Assembly: GCA_963764215.1 (NCBI GenBank)
Contig: CAVXRS010000010.1
Location: 59,153-123,152, forward strand
Length of the DNA: 64,000 nt
Reading direction: 5' to 3'
Origin: an uncultured Actinomycetes bacterium
Lineage (GTDB): Bacteria; Actinomycetota; Acidimicrobiia; Acidimicrobiales; Iamiaceae
The first letter of the stretch is position 1; every line of letters begins with the position of its first letter. Shown here piece after piece: positions 16,764 through 26,479 of this stretch. The notes beneath the pieces are model-generated. The model was given only the letters and a program-made list of their open reading frames with translations, was not told the origin of the DNA and did no database searches. Both the position numbers and the translations under genes were made by a program.

Positions 16764-17588
16764 TCAGACCGTGGTGCCGTGGTCGCGCAGGACCTGGTTG
16801 AGCGCGGCTTTGTCGTGTCGCTCACCCTCGTTCAGGTGTTTGATCACCAACACGCAGGGCAGGCCGAACTCGCCGCCCTCGAAGCGTTTCGGACGCGTCC
16901 CCTGGATGGCGACCGACCACGGCGGGACATCTCCGCGACCCACTTCCTCGCCGGTGGTCGCATCGATCACGGGAACCGAACCGCTGAGCACGCAGCCTGC
17001 GCCCAGCACGCTGCCCTCGCCCACGGTGGCGCCCTCGACCACGATGCAACGACTGCCGATGAAACACTCGTCCCCGATCATGACCGGTTCGGCCTGGGGC
17101 GGTTCGAGCACCCCGCCGATGCCCACGCCTCCCGACAGGTGCACATTGCGTCCGATCTGGGCGCAACACCCCACGGTCGCCCAGGTGTCGACCATGGAGT
17201 TCTCCCCCACATGTGCGCCGATGTTCACGTAGCTGGGCATCAGCACGACGCCCGGAGCGAGGTAGGAGCCGCGCCGCGCCGAGGCGCCGGGCACGACCCG
17301 GACGCCGGCGGCCTGGTAGTCGGACTTGAGCGGGAGCTTGTCGGCGTACTCGAAAGGGCCGAGCTCGATGGTGGCCATCTCCGAGAGTCGGAACAGCAGC
17401 AGGATCGCCTGCTTGACCCAGGCGTGCACCACGACCGTGCCGTCGTCGGCCCATTCGGCGACCCGCAGCTCACCCGCGTCCAACAGGCCGATCACCTCGT
17501 CCACCGTGGCGCGGGCGTCGGTGTCGCGGGGACCGAGGGCGTCCCGTCGATCCCAGAGTTCGGCGATGCGGGTGGAGAGATCGGCCAT
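16764..17588 (-). CDS. dapD: Tetrahydrodipicolinate N-succinyltransferase
   Basis: Left-handed beta-helix hexapeptide repeats (IGDECFIGSRCIVVEGATVGEGSVLGAG). Sits in a dap gene context. Confidence 0.75.
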   Translation of the reverse strand: MADLSTRIAELWDRRDALGPRDTDARATVDEVIGLLDAGELRVAEWADDGTVVVHAWVKQAILLLFRLSEMATIELGPFEYADKLPLKSDYQAAGVRVVPGASARRGSYLAPGVVLMPSYVNIGAHVGENSMVDTWATVGCCAQIGRNVHLSGGVGIGGVLEPPQAEPVMIGDECFIGSRCIVVEGATVGEGSVLGAGCVLSGSVPVIDATTGEEVGRGDVPPWSVAIQGTRPKRFEGGEFGLPCVLVIKHLNEGERHDKAALNQVLRDHGTTV

Positions 17589-18379
17589 CGCCTCACCGTA
17601 GTTGGCGGCCGTCCACGGAGGGAGGCCCTGAACGGGTCGGCGCCACCACTACTGGGTCGGGCGGCTGCCGACCCGGGAGCGGCTGACCGGGTTGACGCCG
17701 GGGTAACCTGGCTGACCGGGGTAACCGGGATACCCGGATAGCCCGGCGGTCCGAAGTAGATCGGTTGCGGCGGCGGTGGCGGACGTCGACGCACGGCGGT
17801 CACGATCAGCACGACGACGCCGGTCAGGAACAAGATCGCCGCGCCGAAGAACCCCAGGGCGAGCTGCTGGGGTTCCACCTTGGCCCTCCGGGCCACGCCG
17901 AGCGACTCGGCAGGGCCGAGTGGGGATCCCGAAACGGTGTAGTCACCGGCCCGGTCGGCGTGGAAGGTGGCCACACTGGTCGCGACCCGGTTGCCGCCGA
18001 AGCTGAACTGCGACGCAGACTTCGTCGTGGCCACGAGGTCACCCGAGGGGCTTCGGACCGAGACGGGGGGCGACACCGTCGACGACCCGAACTGGTCGGA
18101 TTGGGACGGTGCCTGGTCGATGACGAACACCACGTAGTCCCCGGGCTCGCTCAACGTGACCTGCCCGGAGGAGTCGACCTCGGTGGGAAACCGGAAGAAC
18201 TGCCCCACCCGGTGGGCCCCCACGACCATCATCACCACCGCGAGCGCCACTCCCAACACCATCAGGATTCCGCCGACCCAGTACCCAGCGGCCCCGGGAC
18301 CCGACCTCTGGTCCGTTCCCGGTGGTACCGGGGAACCGGGATCCGCCGGTGGCCAAGAAGTCGGACCGACGCTGCTCAT
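17492..18379 (-). CDS. Hypothetical membrane protein with Pro/Gly/Tyr-rich tail; 3' end uncertain
   Basis: Two TM helices. After GYPGIP a -1 frame continues as GYPGQPGYPGVNPVS...TQ* and stops at 17649 without overlapping dapD. Confidence 0.5.
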   Translation of the reverse strand: MSSVGPTSWPPADPGSPVPPGTDQRSGPGAAGYWVGGILMVLGVALAVVMMVVGAHRVGQFFRFPTEVDSSGQVTLSEPGDYVVFVIDQAPSQSDQFGSSTVSPPVSVRSPSGDLVATTKSASQFSFGGNRVATSVATFHADRAGDYTVSGSPLGPAESLGVARRAKVEPQQLALGFFGAAILFLTGVVVLIVTAVRRRPPPPPQPIYFGPPGYPGIPVTPVSQVTPASTRSAAPGSAAARPSSGGADPFRASLRGRPPTTVRRWPISPPASPNSGIDGTPSVPATPTPAPRWTR

Positions 18380-18421
18380 CGCCCCATCCTGGCACGCCCC
18401 AACCTCACGGGGTGGGAACGT

Positions 18422-19576
18422 TCAGCCCAGCCGCGCTTCAAGCAGGTCGAGCCGGTCGTCGGGCACGACCGCCGCGACCCGCACGAATTCCGCACCGGTC
18501 TCGCCATAGAACTCTCCGGGGCTGACCAGCATCCCGATCCGTTCGGCAAGACGTCCGGCGAGCCCCCACGCATCGCCGCCGGGGGCCTCTGCCCACAGAT
18601 AGAAGCCACCCCAGGGCATCCCACAGGGAGCGTCGAACGCCTCCAGGATCTTGCGGAGCCGTTCCAGTCGGCTCCAGTAACGCGCTCGCTGCACGTCGAC
18701 GTGTGCGTCGTCGCCGAAGGCCACGACCGCCGCGTCCTGCACCGGACCCGGAACCATCCGACCGGCGTGCTTGCGGACCTCGGCGAGGTAGTGGACGAGC
18801 TGATCGTCGCCGGTGTAGAACCCCACCCGGGCGCCGGCCAGATTGGAACGCTTCGACAACGAGTGCACGGCGAGGACGTCGGCCGTCCCCGTCTCCAGGA
18901 TCGATCGACCCGGAACCACACCCCGGGTGGGGGCGACCGGGCCCCGGCCGTCCTTGGCGTCCCAGGTGTACTCGATGTAGCACTCGTCCGAGATCACCGG
19001 CACCCCCCACTCGCGGCCCCATTCGGCCGCATAGTGCAGGTCGTCGAGTCCGCCGGCCGGATTGCCCGGCGTGTTGATCCACAGGCACAGGGCGCGGTCA
19101 CAGTCGCCTTCGAACACGGCGCCCAGGTCCATACGCCAAGAGGCGTCCATCGGCACCGGAACCGCTCGACAGCCGGCGAGCTGCGCCCCCATCGCGTAGC
19201 TGGGATAGCTGACCGCGGGATACAGCACGACGTCACGTTCGGGGGCACGGAGCCGCAACAGATGCGGCAGGTCGACGACGAACTCCTTGGTCCCCACGCA
19301 GGCCGCCACGTGAGCGGGGTCGACGTCCAGTCCGAAGCGGCGGTGCAACCATCCGGCCGCAGCCGAGCGGAACTCGGGGGAGCCGACCGACGGGGGGTAC
19401 CCGGCGAGGTGGCTCGAAGCCGACAACGCGGCCACGACCTCGGGGGGTGGGGGATCACCCGGCGTGCCGACACTGCAGTCGACCGCGCCGCCCTTGTGCC
19501 CAGCGGCGACCTCGGCAAGGGGCGCGAGCCGGTCGTAAGGATAGGGCGGTGGGACGAACCCGTGATGCGATTTCAC
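18422..19576 (-). CDS. dapC: Succinyldiaminopimelate aminotransferase (class I PLP aminotransferase)
   Basis: PYPYDRLAPL...VDCSVGTPGDPPP, NTPGNPAG and SLSKRSNLAGARVG (PLP lysine). Confidence 0.7.
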   Translation of the reverse strand: MKSHHGFVPPPYPYDRLAPLAEVAAGHKGGAVDCSVGTPGDPPPPEVVAALSASSHLAGYPPSVGSPEFRSAAAGWLHRRFGLDVDPAHVAACVGTKEFVVDLPHLLRLRAPERDVVLYPAVSYPSYAMGAQLAGCRAVPVPMDASWRMDLGAVFEGDCDRALCLWINTPGNPAGGLDDLHYAAEWGREWGVPVISDECYIEYTWDAKDGRGPVAPTRGVVPGRSILETGTADVLAVHSLSKRSNLAGARVGFYTGDDQLVHYLAEVRKHAGRMVPGPVQDAAVVAFGDDAHVDVQRARYWSRLERLRKILEAFDAPCGMPWGGFYLWAEAPGGDAWGLAGRLAERIGMLVSPGEFYGETGAEFVRVAAVVPDDRLDLLEARLG

Positions 19577-20931
19577 GACGCCACCACCAGTTCGTCGAAC
19601 CGGCTGCGGGCCTCGTCGTCGAGGCGGGCGACGACCCGCATCCCCTCGTCGCCAGGTTCCGAGCTGACCACCTCACCGTGGCGGTGCAGCGCCGCCAGCA
19701 CGTCGCCCCGGTCATAGGGCACGACCAGCTCGACCTGTTCCGACCGGCGCCGCAGCCGGGCGGCGAGCACTCGCGTCAGTTCGTCGATGCCCTCCCCCGT
19801 CGCGGCGGCGATGGTCACGCTCTCGGGATGGGCCGCGCGAAACCCGTCCAGGCGAATCTGTGCGGCGGGATCGAGCGCGTCGGCCTTGTTGCACACGACG
19901 ATCTCGGGAACCCGGTCGGCGTCGATGGCTTCGAGGACGTCACGCACCGCCCGGTATTGACCTTGAAGATCCGGGCTGGTGGAGTCGATGACGTGCAGCA
20001 GCAGGTCCGCCTCTGCGGTGATCTGCAGGGTCGACTTGAAGGCTTCGACGAGGTGGTGTGGAAGCTTCCGGACGAAGCCGACGGTGTCGGTGCACAGCAC
20101 CGGTTCTCCGCCGGGCAGCGAGAACCGTCGGGTGGTGGCGTCCAGGGTGGCGAAGAGTCGATCCTCCACCTTCGCGTCGGCGTCGGTGAGCCGGTTCAAC
20201 AACGTGGACTTGCCGGCGTTGGTGTAACCGACGATGGCGAGATGGCTGATGGGGTTCGTGCGCCGTGCCTTGCGCTGGGTCGCCCGGTGGGCGGCGATGG
20301 CGACCAGTTCCCGTTCGAGGTGATGGATGCGTCGGATGATCCGTCGACGGTCGACCTCGAGCTTGGTCTCACCACCACCCATCCGGGTGCCCACGCCACC
20401 CCCCTGCTGGGAGAGCTGCACCCCCTTGCCGCGCAGCCTGGGGAGCCGATAGCGCAACAGCGCCAGTTCCACCTGGGCGCGTCCTTCCTGGGTGGTCGCG
20501 TTCTGGGCGAAGATGTCGAGGATGACCGCCGTCCGGTCGATGGCGGTGCGGCCGAGGATCTTCTCCAGGTTTCGCTGCTGGGCCGGCGTGAGCTCGTCGT
20601 CGAAGACCACCGTGTCGCAGTCGGTGGCCCGGGCCAGCGCGGCGAGCTCTTCGACCTTGCCGCGCCCCAGGTAGGTGGCAGGGTCGGGATGGTCCCGTCG
20701 CTGGGTGACCCGGTCGATCGGATCTGCCCCGGCCGTGTCCACCAGCAGCGCCAGTTCGTCCAGCGCCTCGTCCACGTCAGCTGCGGTGGCACCGGGAAAC
20801 TGCACACCGACGAGCAGGATCCGCTCACGGAAGGTGCGTTCGATGAACGCGTCGCTCGTTCCTCCGAAGTCGCCGAAGCCGCCACGGTGGTCGCTGCCGG
20901 ACACCGGCGGCCGATCCGTTGATTCGACCAT
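19573..20931 (-). CDS. hflX: GTPase HflX
   Basis: G1 GYTNAGKST, G3 DTVGF, G4 NKAD. The ATG at 20931 overlaps the dapF stop (TGATG). Confidence 0.9.
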   Translation of the reverse strand: MVESTDRPPVSGSDHRGGFGDFGGTSDAFIERTFRERILLVGVQFPGATAADVDEALDELALLVDTAGADPIDRVTQRRDHPDPATYLGRGKVEELAALARATDCDTVVFDDELTPAQQRNLEKILGRTAIDRTAVILDIFAQNATTQEGRAQVELALLRYRLPRLRGKGVQLSQQGGGVGTRMGGGETKLEVDRRRIIRRIHHLERELVAIAAHRATQRKARRTNPISHLAIVGYTNAGKSTLLNRLTDADAKVEDRLFATLDATTRRFSLPGGEPVLCTDTVGFVRKLPHHLVEAFKSTLQITAEADLLLHVIDSTSPDLQGQYRAVRDVLEAIDADRVPEIVVCNKADALDPAAQIRLDGFRAAHPESVTIAAATGEGIDELTRVLAARLRRRSEQVELVVPYDRGDVLAALHRHGEVVSSEPGDEGMRVVARLDDEARSRFDELVVAS

Positions 20932-21748
20932 CACGCCCCCACCAGGCAGTCCGCGATCCACACCGAGGGACCGCGCAGGACCGGCGTGTCGTCGAGCTCG
21001 ACCTCCACCGAACCGCCGGGCATCGTCACCACGACCCGGTCGTCGACCAGACCCCAGTCCGCGCGCTCAGTGCGGCCGCAGTCGCTCCGGTGCCACACGC
21101 GAGGGTGACCCCGGCGCCGCGCTCCCAGGTGACCTGGGTGAGGTGCCCGCGGTCTTCGACCCGCACGAAGTGCACGTTGACGCCGTCCTCGAAGTGGCCC
21201 TCCCATTCGGGCCCGGCGACCCGGAGATCGACCTCTCCAGGATCGTCGACTTCGAGTACGAGATGGGGATTGCCGAGGTCCCAGGTGGCATGGCGTCCGA
21301 TGCCCGCACGGCGCAACGCGTCGGAATCGTCCACAGCCGGGCCGGGCCGCGGCGTGCCCATGGCCACGGCGGCCTGCACCGTGTCGTCGGTCCCGTCGGG
21401 GCCGGCCTCGACCGTGACGACCCGCGCACCGGCATCGGTGACGACGTGCACCTGCGTGGGCAGATCGAGGTCGCCGTCGCGCACGAGTGCGTGCACGAAG
21501 CAGCGGATCCCGTTGCCGCTCATCTCGGCTCGGGATCCGTCCGCGTTGTACAGCACCATCCGCCACCCGTCCCCCTCGGCCACAGCCGACCCGATCAGCA
21601 GCCCGTCGGCACCGATGCCGAGATGTCGGTCGCAGACGCGCCGCGCCAGTGTCGCCGCGTCGTCGGCGCCGACGGCATCACCCGGGAACAGCACCAGGAA
21701 ATCGTTGCCCAGCCCGTGATATTTTCCGAGCGCCAATCGTGGGGTCAC
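20931..21748 (-). pseudogene. dapF: Diaminopimelate epimerase; one frame switch near 21062
   Basis: YHGLGNDF, SGNGIRC and ACGTGATAA sit in one frame, and the conserved tail DWGLVDDRVVVTMPGGSVEVEL... in another. The 818-nt length is not a multiple of 3. Confidence 0.8.
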
Positions 21749-22708
21749 GCCTTGGAGTCTCGCATGTCGACTCCGAGATCGCTCCCACGACTTTCCCAGC
21801 GGGCGACCAGGTCGCCGGCCAGTCGCTCCCGCTGCTCGGCCGTGTTCGCCGGCAACCAGCTCAGTCGGGGATCTCGACGGAACCAGGCGAGCTGGCGACG
21901 GGCGAAGCGTCGGGTGGCACTGATCGCGGCCTCGACGGCCTCATCCAGCGTGCACCGTCCTGCGAGGTGGTCGAGCAGTTGGCGGTAGCCGAGGGCCTGG
22001 CCGGCCGTGCGCCCCAGGGGCGGTCGATGGTCCCGCAGGGCGCGAACTTCGTCGAGCAGGCCCCGGGCGAGCTGATCCTCGAACCGTCGCCCGGATCCGC
22101 CCGGACAGCTCGTCGCGCTCCACCTCGACCGCGACGAGATCCCAGTCGGTTTCCCGGTAGTCCTCCAGGCCGGTGCCGTACGAGGAGAACGGCCGGTTCG
22201 AGCCGTGGACGACCTCGAGCGCCCGGATGATCCGTCGACGGTTGCCGGGTTCGATCCGTCGGGCTGCGAGCGGATCGAGGCTTCGCAGCTCCTCGTACAT
22301 CGCCTCGAGGTCGTCGCGCGCCTCCAATGCGGCCCGGACGTGGGGAAAGCGACCGGGGATGTCCAGGTCGTCGACGATCGCCCGCACGTACAACCCGGTG
22401 CCGCCCACCAGCAGGGGCCGTCGGCCCCGGTCCTCGATGTCGGCGACGGCCTCCCGCGCGGCACGCTGGAACCGGCGCAGGGTGAAGTCCTCGTCCGGGG
22501 AGACCAGGTCGATCAGATGGTGAGGCACCTCGGCGCGCTCGGCCGGCGTGGGTTTCGCGGTGCCGATGTTCATGCCCCGATAGACCTGCATCGAGTCGGC
22601 CGTGACGATCTCGACGTCGCCGAGTGCCCGGGCGACATCGAGCGCCAGCGCCGACTTGCCGGTCGCCGTCGGCCCGACGAGCGCCAGCCGGCCGGCGGAA
22701 CCGGTCAG
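21745..22708 (-). pseudogene. miaA: tRNA dimethylallyltransferase; one frame switch near 22088 and no canonical start codon
   Basis: P-loop GPTATGKS, DSMQVYRGMNIGTAKP and LVGGTGLY sit in one frame. The C-terminal RFEDQLARGLLDEVRAL...RRFARRQLAWFRRD sits in another. Confidence 0.8.
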
Positions 22709-23577
22709 AACAGCTCCTCGAGGACCACATAGGTCTCGATGCGCAGCAGGTCGGGTTCGGCCAGCCCGTAGGCGGCGAAGAAGTCGGGCAGGACCTCACC
22801 GGAGAGGTTCCGCGTCAGCGACCGGGCGGTGATCGCCAGGTCCTGGTTGCGATCACCGACCCCGGCGAACGCCCAGTCGAGGGCACCGACCGTGGTGCCG
22901 TACGTGGGGTCGAAGACCACGTTGGAGACACAGAAGTCGCCGTGCACGAGCACCCGATCCTCGAGTTCCGGCGGGCGCGTCGCCGCGGCCATCGAGCGCA
23001 CCCGGTCGAGGAGCTCGGCGGCCCGGTACCGGTCGTAGGGCGCATCGAGCTCTGCGGGTCGCACCAGACCGGCTTCCACCCGGTCGGCTGCGGCCGCGAG
23101 CCGGGCATCGAGCGACGCATCGAAGGGACAGCGGTCCAGGTCGATGCGGCGCGAGGCCTGGTGCAGTGAGGCCAACGCCGTCCCGAACGCGGCGACCGCA
23201 GTCTCGGGCGAGCGCAACAGTCGGGGGTCGGTCACTCCTTCCAGCCAGGAGGTGACGAGCATCGGATCGGGGTCGGCCGCTTCCGGGGCCACGACGAGTT
23301 CGGGCAGGCCGACCCCGCGTCCACCGAGCTGCTCGGCGACCCAGGCGAGACGTTCCGCTTCGGCGTGGATGAGCGCCCCGGCCTCACGCCGCGACGCGTC
23401 GTCGCCCTCACCGTCGGCCGATCCGGCTGACGCGAGCTTGACCGCGAGGTCGCCACGTCCGTCACCGAACCGGGCCCGCCACACTTCGGACCGCCGGCCA
23501 CTCGCGATCCGCTCCCACTCCGCCCCGGCAAGGACCGCTGCACCGGGTCCGTGCAGGATCGGGCCCGCCTCGACCAT
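22705..23577 (-). CDS. Aminoglycoside/choline-kinase-like phosphotransferase (APH family)
   Basis: HGDFCVSNVVF catalytic loop and DWAFAGVGDRNQDLA. Confidence 0.7.
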   Translation of the reverse strand: MVEAGPILHGPGAAVLAGAEWERIASGRRSEVWRARFGDGRGDLAVKLASAGSADGEGDDASRREAGALIHAEAERLAWVAEQLGGRGVGLPELVVAPEAADPDPMLVTSWLEGVTDPRLLRSPETAVAAFGTALASLHQASRRIDLDRCPFDASLDARLAAAADRVEAGLVRPAELDAPYDRYRAAELLDRVRSMAAATRPPELEDRVLVHGDFCVSNVVFDPTYGTTVGALDWAFAGVGDRNQDLAITARSLTRNLSGEVLPDFFAAYGLAEPDLLRIETYVVLEELF

Positions 23578-25013
23578 CAGGAGGCCGCGACGGGAATGCG
23601 TGTCCGGTGTCGGGCCGGCGCGACGATCTCGACGAGCTCACCGCGCAGAAAGTGCGGCGCGGCGCTCGTGATGCGCGTCGACACGTAGGTTCCGGCCCGC
23701 AACGGTTCATCCGCGCTGAAGTGCACCAGCTTGTTCTGACGGGTCCGCCCGGTGGTCACCGACGGGTCACGTTTGGACGGGCCCTGGACCATCACCGATT
23801 CGATCCGACCGACGCGGGCTTCGTGCTTGGCGAGTCCCGATCGCTCGACGACGACCCGCAGACGCTCGAAGCGCTCGGCGATGACCTCGGCGGGCACCGG
23901 CGGGAGGTTCTTCTCGGTCGCCTCGGTCCCCGGACGGGGCGAGTAGATGAACGTGTAGGCGCTGTCGTACTCGGCGGCCGCGACGACGTCCAGGGTCTGG
24001 GCGAAGTCCTCGTCGGTCTCGCCGGGGAAGCCGACGATGATGTCGGTGGTCACCGCCAGGTCGTCGATCGCGGCCCGGGCCGCGGCGAGTCGGTCCAGAT
24101 ACCGCTGGGCGGTGTAGCCACGGTGCATCGCCGCGAGCACCCGGTCGCTGCCCGCCTGCAGCGGCAGATGGAGGTGCTCGCACACGGCCGGCAGCTCGGC
24201 CATCGCAGCGATCGTGTCGTCACGCAGGTCCTTGGGGTGCGGGCTGGTGTAGCGGACCCGCTCGATCCCCTCGACGTCGCCCACGGCGCGCAGCAGCTCG
24301 GCGAACAACGGCCGGATCCGCACCTGTTCGCCGCCGCGTCGACGGGCGAGGGCGAGATCCCGGCCGTAGGAGTTGACGTTCTGGCCCAGCAGGGTCACTT
24401 CGGTGACACCCCGGTCGGCGAGCGTGCGCACCTCGTCGACGATGCGTGCGAAAGGACGGCTGATCTCGGGGCCACGGACCGCCGGGACGATGCAGAACGC
24501 GCAGTTGTTGTCACAGCCGATCTGGATCGTGATCCAGGCCGAATGGCCGGTGGTGCGACGTGCGGGCAGCGCCGAGGGGAACAGTTCGTGGTCATCGGCG
24601 ACCGTGGCTTCGAGAATCTCGGTGATCGGGCCTTCGTCGTCGGCGTGGTGCAGCAACTCGGCGGCCCGGTGCACATTGTGGGTGCCCATCACCACGTCCA
24701 CGTAGGGCGCACGGGCGCGGATCGCCTCGCGGTCCTTCTGGGCGAGACAGCCGGCGACCACGATGCGCTTGTCCGCGTCGGCGTCCTTGAGCGGTTTGAG
24801 ATGGCCGAGCGTGCCGTACAGCTTGTTGTCGGCGTTCTCGCGCACACAGCAGGTGTTCAGCACGATCACGTCCGCCGAGGCCTCGTCGGCGGCCGGAGTG
24901 AGCCCGTCGGCTTCGAGAAGGCCGGCGATGCGTTCGGAGTCGTGCTCGTTCATCTGGCACCCGAAGGTGCGCACCACGTAGGTCCTGCCAGTGGGCTCCG
25001 GCTCGACGGTCAT
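23577..25013 (-). CDS. miaB: tRNA-2-methylthio-N6-dimethylallyladenosine synthase
   Basis: FGCQMNEHDSE, radical-SAM CDNNCAFCIVP and a TRAM domain. ATG at 25013. Confidence 0.9.
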   Translation of the reverse strand: MTVEPEPTGRTYVVRTFGCQMNEHDSERIAGLLEADGLTPAADEASADVIVLNTCCVRENADNKLYGTLGHLKPLKDADADKRIVVAGCLAQKDREAIRARAPYVDVVMGTHNVHRAAELLHHADDEGPITEILEATVADDHELFPSALPARRTTGHSAWITIQIGCDNNCAFCIVPAVRGPEISRPFARIVDEVRTLADRGVTEVTLLGQNVNSYGRDLALARRRGGEQVRIRPLFAELLRAVGDVEGIERVRYTSPHPKDLRDDTIAAMAELPAVCEHLHLPLQAGSDRVLAAMHRGYTAQRYLDRLAAARAAIDDLAVTTDIIVGFPGETDEDFAQTLDVVAAAEYDSAYTFIYSPRPGTEATEKNLPPVPAEVIAERFERLRVVVERSGLAKHEARVGRIESVMVQGPSKRDPSVTTGRTRQNKLVHFSADEPLRAGTYVSTRITSAAPHFLRGELVEIVAPARHRTRIPVAAS

Positions 25014-25104
25014 GGCTGCATTGTCCCACGGAGGACCGGATGCACGACAACGCACGTGCGCACCCGGGCCGACGCTCGTCCCTTCCGACCTAGAATCGCC
25101 CCTC

Positions 25105-26094
25105 GTGTTCGACCTGTTCCGCTCGCGTGATCATCGGGCCGAAGCACTCGGGAAGATCGCCCGGGCGCGGGGGATCCAGTTCTCACCGGACGACCCGTTC
25201 GGCTGTGAACGGGCACCTTTTCCGCTGCTGCGGCGGGGGGACACCCGCAAAGTGTCCTCGGTGCTGTGGCGCGACGACGATCCCCATGTGGTGCGGGTCT
25301 TCGACTACCGGTACTTCTCCGATCGCGGCGACTGGACCGATCCTTCCCCCCTCTTCACGGGCGCGACCCTCCTTGCAAACGCTGCCTGGCCGTACCTCTC
25401 GGTCACTCCCGCGCCGGGCAAATTGGGTTTTTCCACCCGACTCGACGGGCACCACACCTTCGACATGCTGGATCCGGCGTTCGCCGAGGCGTTCACCGTG
25501 CGGACCTCCGACGACCGGTTCGCCACGGCGTTGCTGGATGCGGGCATGCGCAGGTTCCTGCTCGACACCGCACGCGCACTGGACATCGAGTTCAACGGCG
25601 CCTGGTGCTTCGCCTTCGCCGAGCAGATCCCGGTCGACCTGGTTCCCAACGTCTTCGGGTTCCTGGATGATCTGCTCGCTCGGATACCCCGCGTGGTCGG
25701 TTTGCTGTACCCGCCGCCCCTGGAAGGGGGCATGGACACCGCGATGCCGGACCCGGGCGAGCTCGCCCGGCCGGAGGAGACCGTGTCCGACGAGATCCTC
25801 CGCGCCTCCCTGCGACGCCGTCGCTCGTCGAGTCGGCGGGCACTCGGCAGCCTGTTCGGCTTGGACACCCAACTCCCCTCCTATGACGACATGATCGCCA
25901 CTGGTGCCGCCGAGCTCGCGACCCACCAGTCCATCATCGATTCCGATCGGTGGACCGACATCGGTGACCGTTCCGGTGCGGCAGCCGACGAAGACCCGGA
26001 CAAGGAGGAATTCGACCTCGACGGCAACCCGATCGAGCCCCATGCGCAGGACCCGTGGGGGCCGGGTCGCCCGATGCCCGAACAAGACCGGTGA
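25105..26094 (+). CDS. Hypothetical protein; its stop lies 6 nt inside the left direct repeat
   Basis: High-GC codon usage and no motif I recognise. GTG at 25105 was chosen to avoid overlap with miaB. Confidence 0.45.
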   Translation: MFDLFRSRDHRAEALGKIARARGIQFSPDDPFGCERAPFPLLRRGDTRKVSSVLWRDDDPHVVRVFDYRYFSDRGDWTDPSPLFTGATLLANAAWPYLSVTPAPGKLGFSTRLDGHHTFDMLDPAFAEAFTVRTSDDRFATALLDAGMRRFLLDTARALDIEFNGAWCFAFAEQIPVDLVPNVFGFLDDLLARIPRVVGLLYPPPLEGGMDTAMPDPGELARPEETVSDEILRASLRRRRSSSRRALGSLFGLDTQLPSYDDMIATGAAELATHQSIIDSDRWTDIGDRSGAAADEDPDKEEFDLDGNPIEPHAQDPWGPGRPMPEQDR

Positions 26095-26341
26095 CCGGAG
26101 CGTCGGCCACCGATCCGCACGGGTCGTCGGATCCGAGAATCAGTCGTCGAGGCTGATGGGTTCCTCGTCGGCTTCGGTCATCTCGTCCTCGTCTGCCTCG
26201 ACCAGGCCGACGGCCTGGCGGATCTTCTCGGACACCTCGACCATGATCTCGGGATTCTCGGCCAGGAACTGCTTGGCGTTCTCCCGACCCTGCCCGAGCT
26301 GCTCGCCCTCGTAGGTGTACCAGGCACCCGACTTGCGGATG
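26089..26341. repeat. Direct repeat copy 1 (253 bp): orphan recA 3' fragment plus 51 bp downstream
   Basis: My alignment to 28968-29220 shows 4 mismatches in 253 positions. Confidence 0.9.
26140..26341 (-). pseudogene. recA: recA 3' fragment (last 66 codons plus stop)
   Basis: It encodes [66 protein letters not shown], identical to the C-terminus of the intact RecA. Confidence 0.9.
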
Positions 26342-26410
26342 CGGCGGGACCCACATCCATTCGTGTCAATCAGCGCCGCAATCTGAAACCATGAAGTCAA
26401 CAGGATGCGC

Positions 26411-26439
26411 TTGAAATGGAATTATCGTTCGGGTAGCGT
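26411..26439 (+). promoter_or_regulatory. Candidate promoter TTGAAA-N17-TAGCGT for the island operon
   Basis: Read directly, about 40 nt upstream of the ATG at 26480. The -10 element fits the actinobacterial TAnnnT. Confidence 0.3.
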
Positions 26440-26479
26440 CACGTGAGTTCGGGCTATCAGCGCTCGGGGGTTGGGCGAT

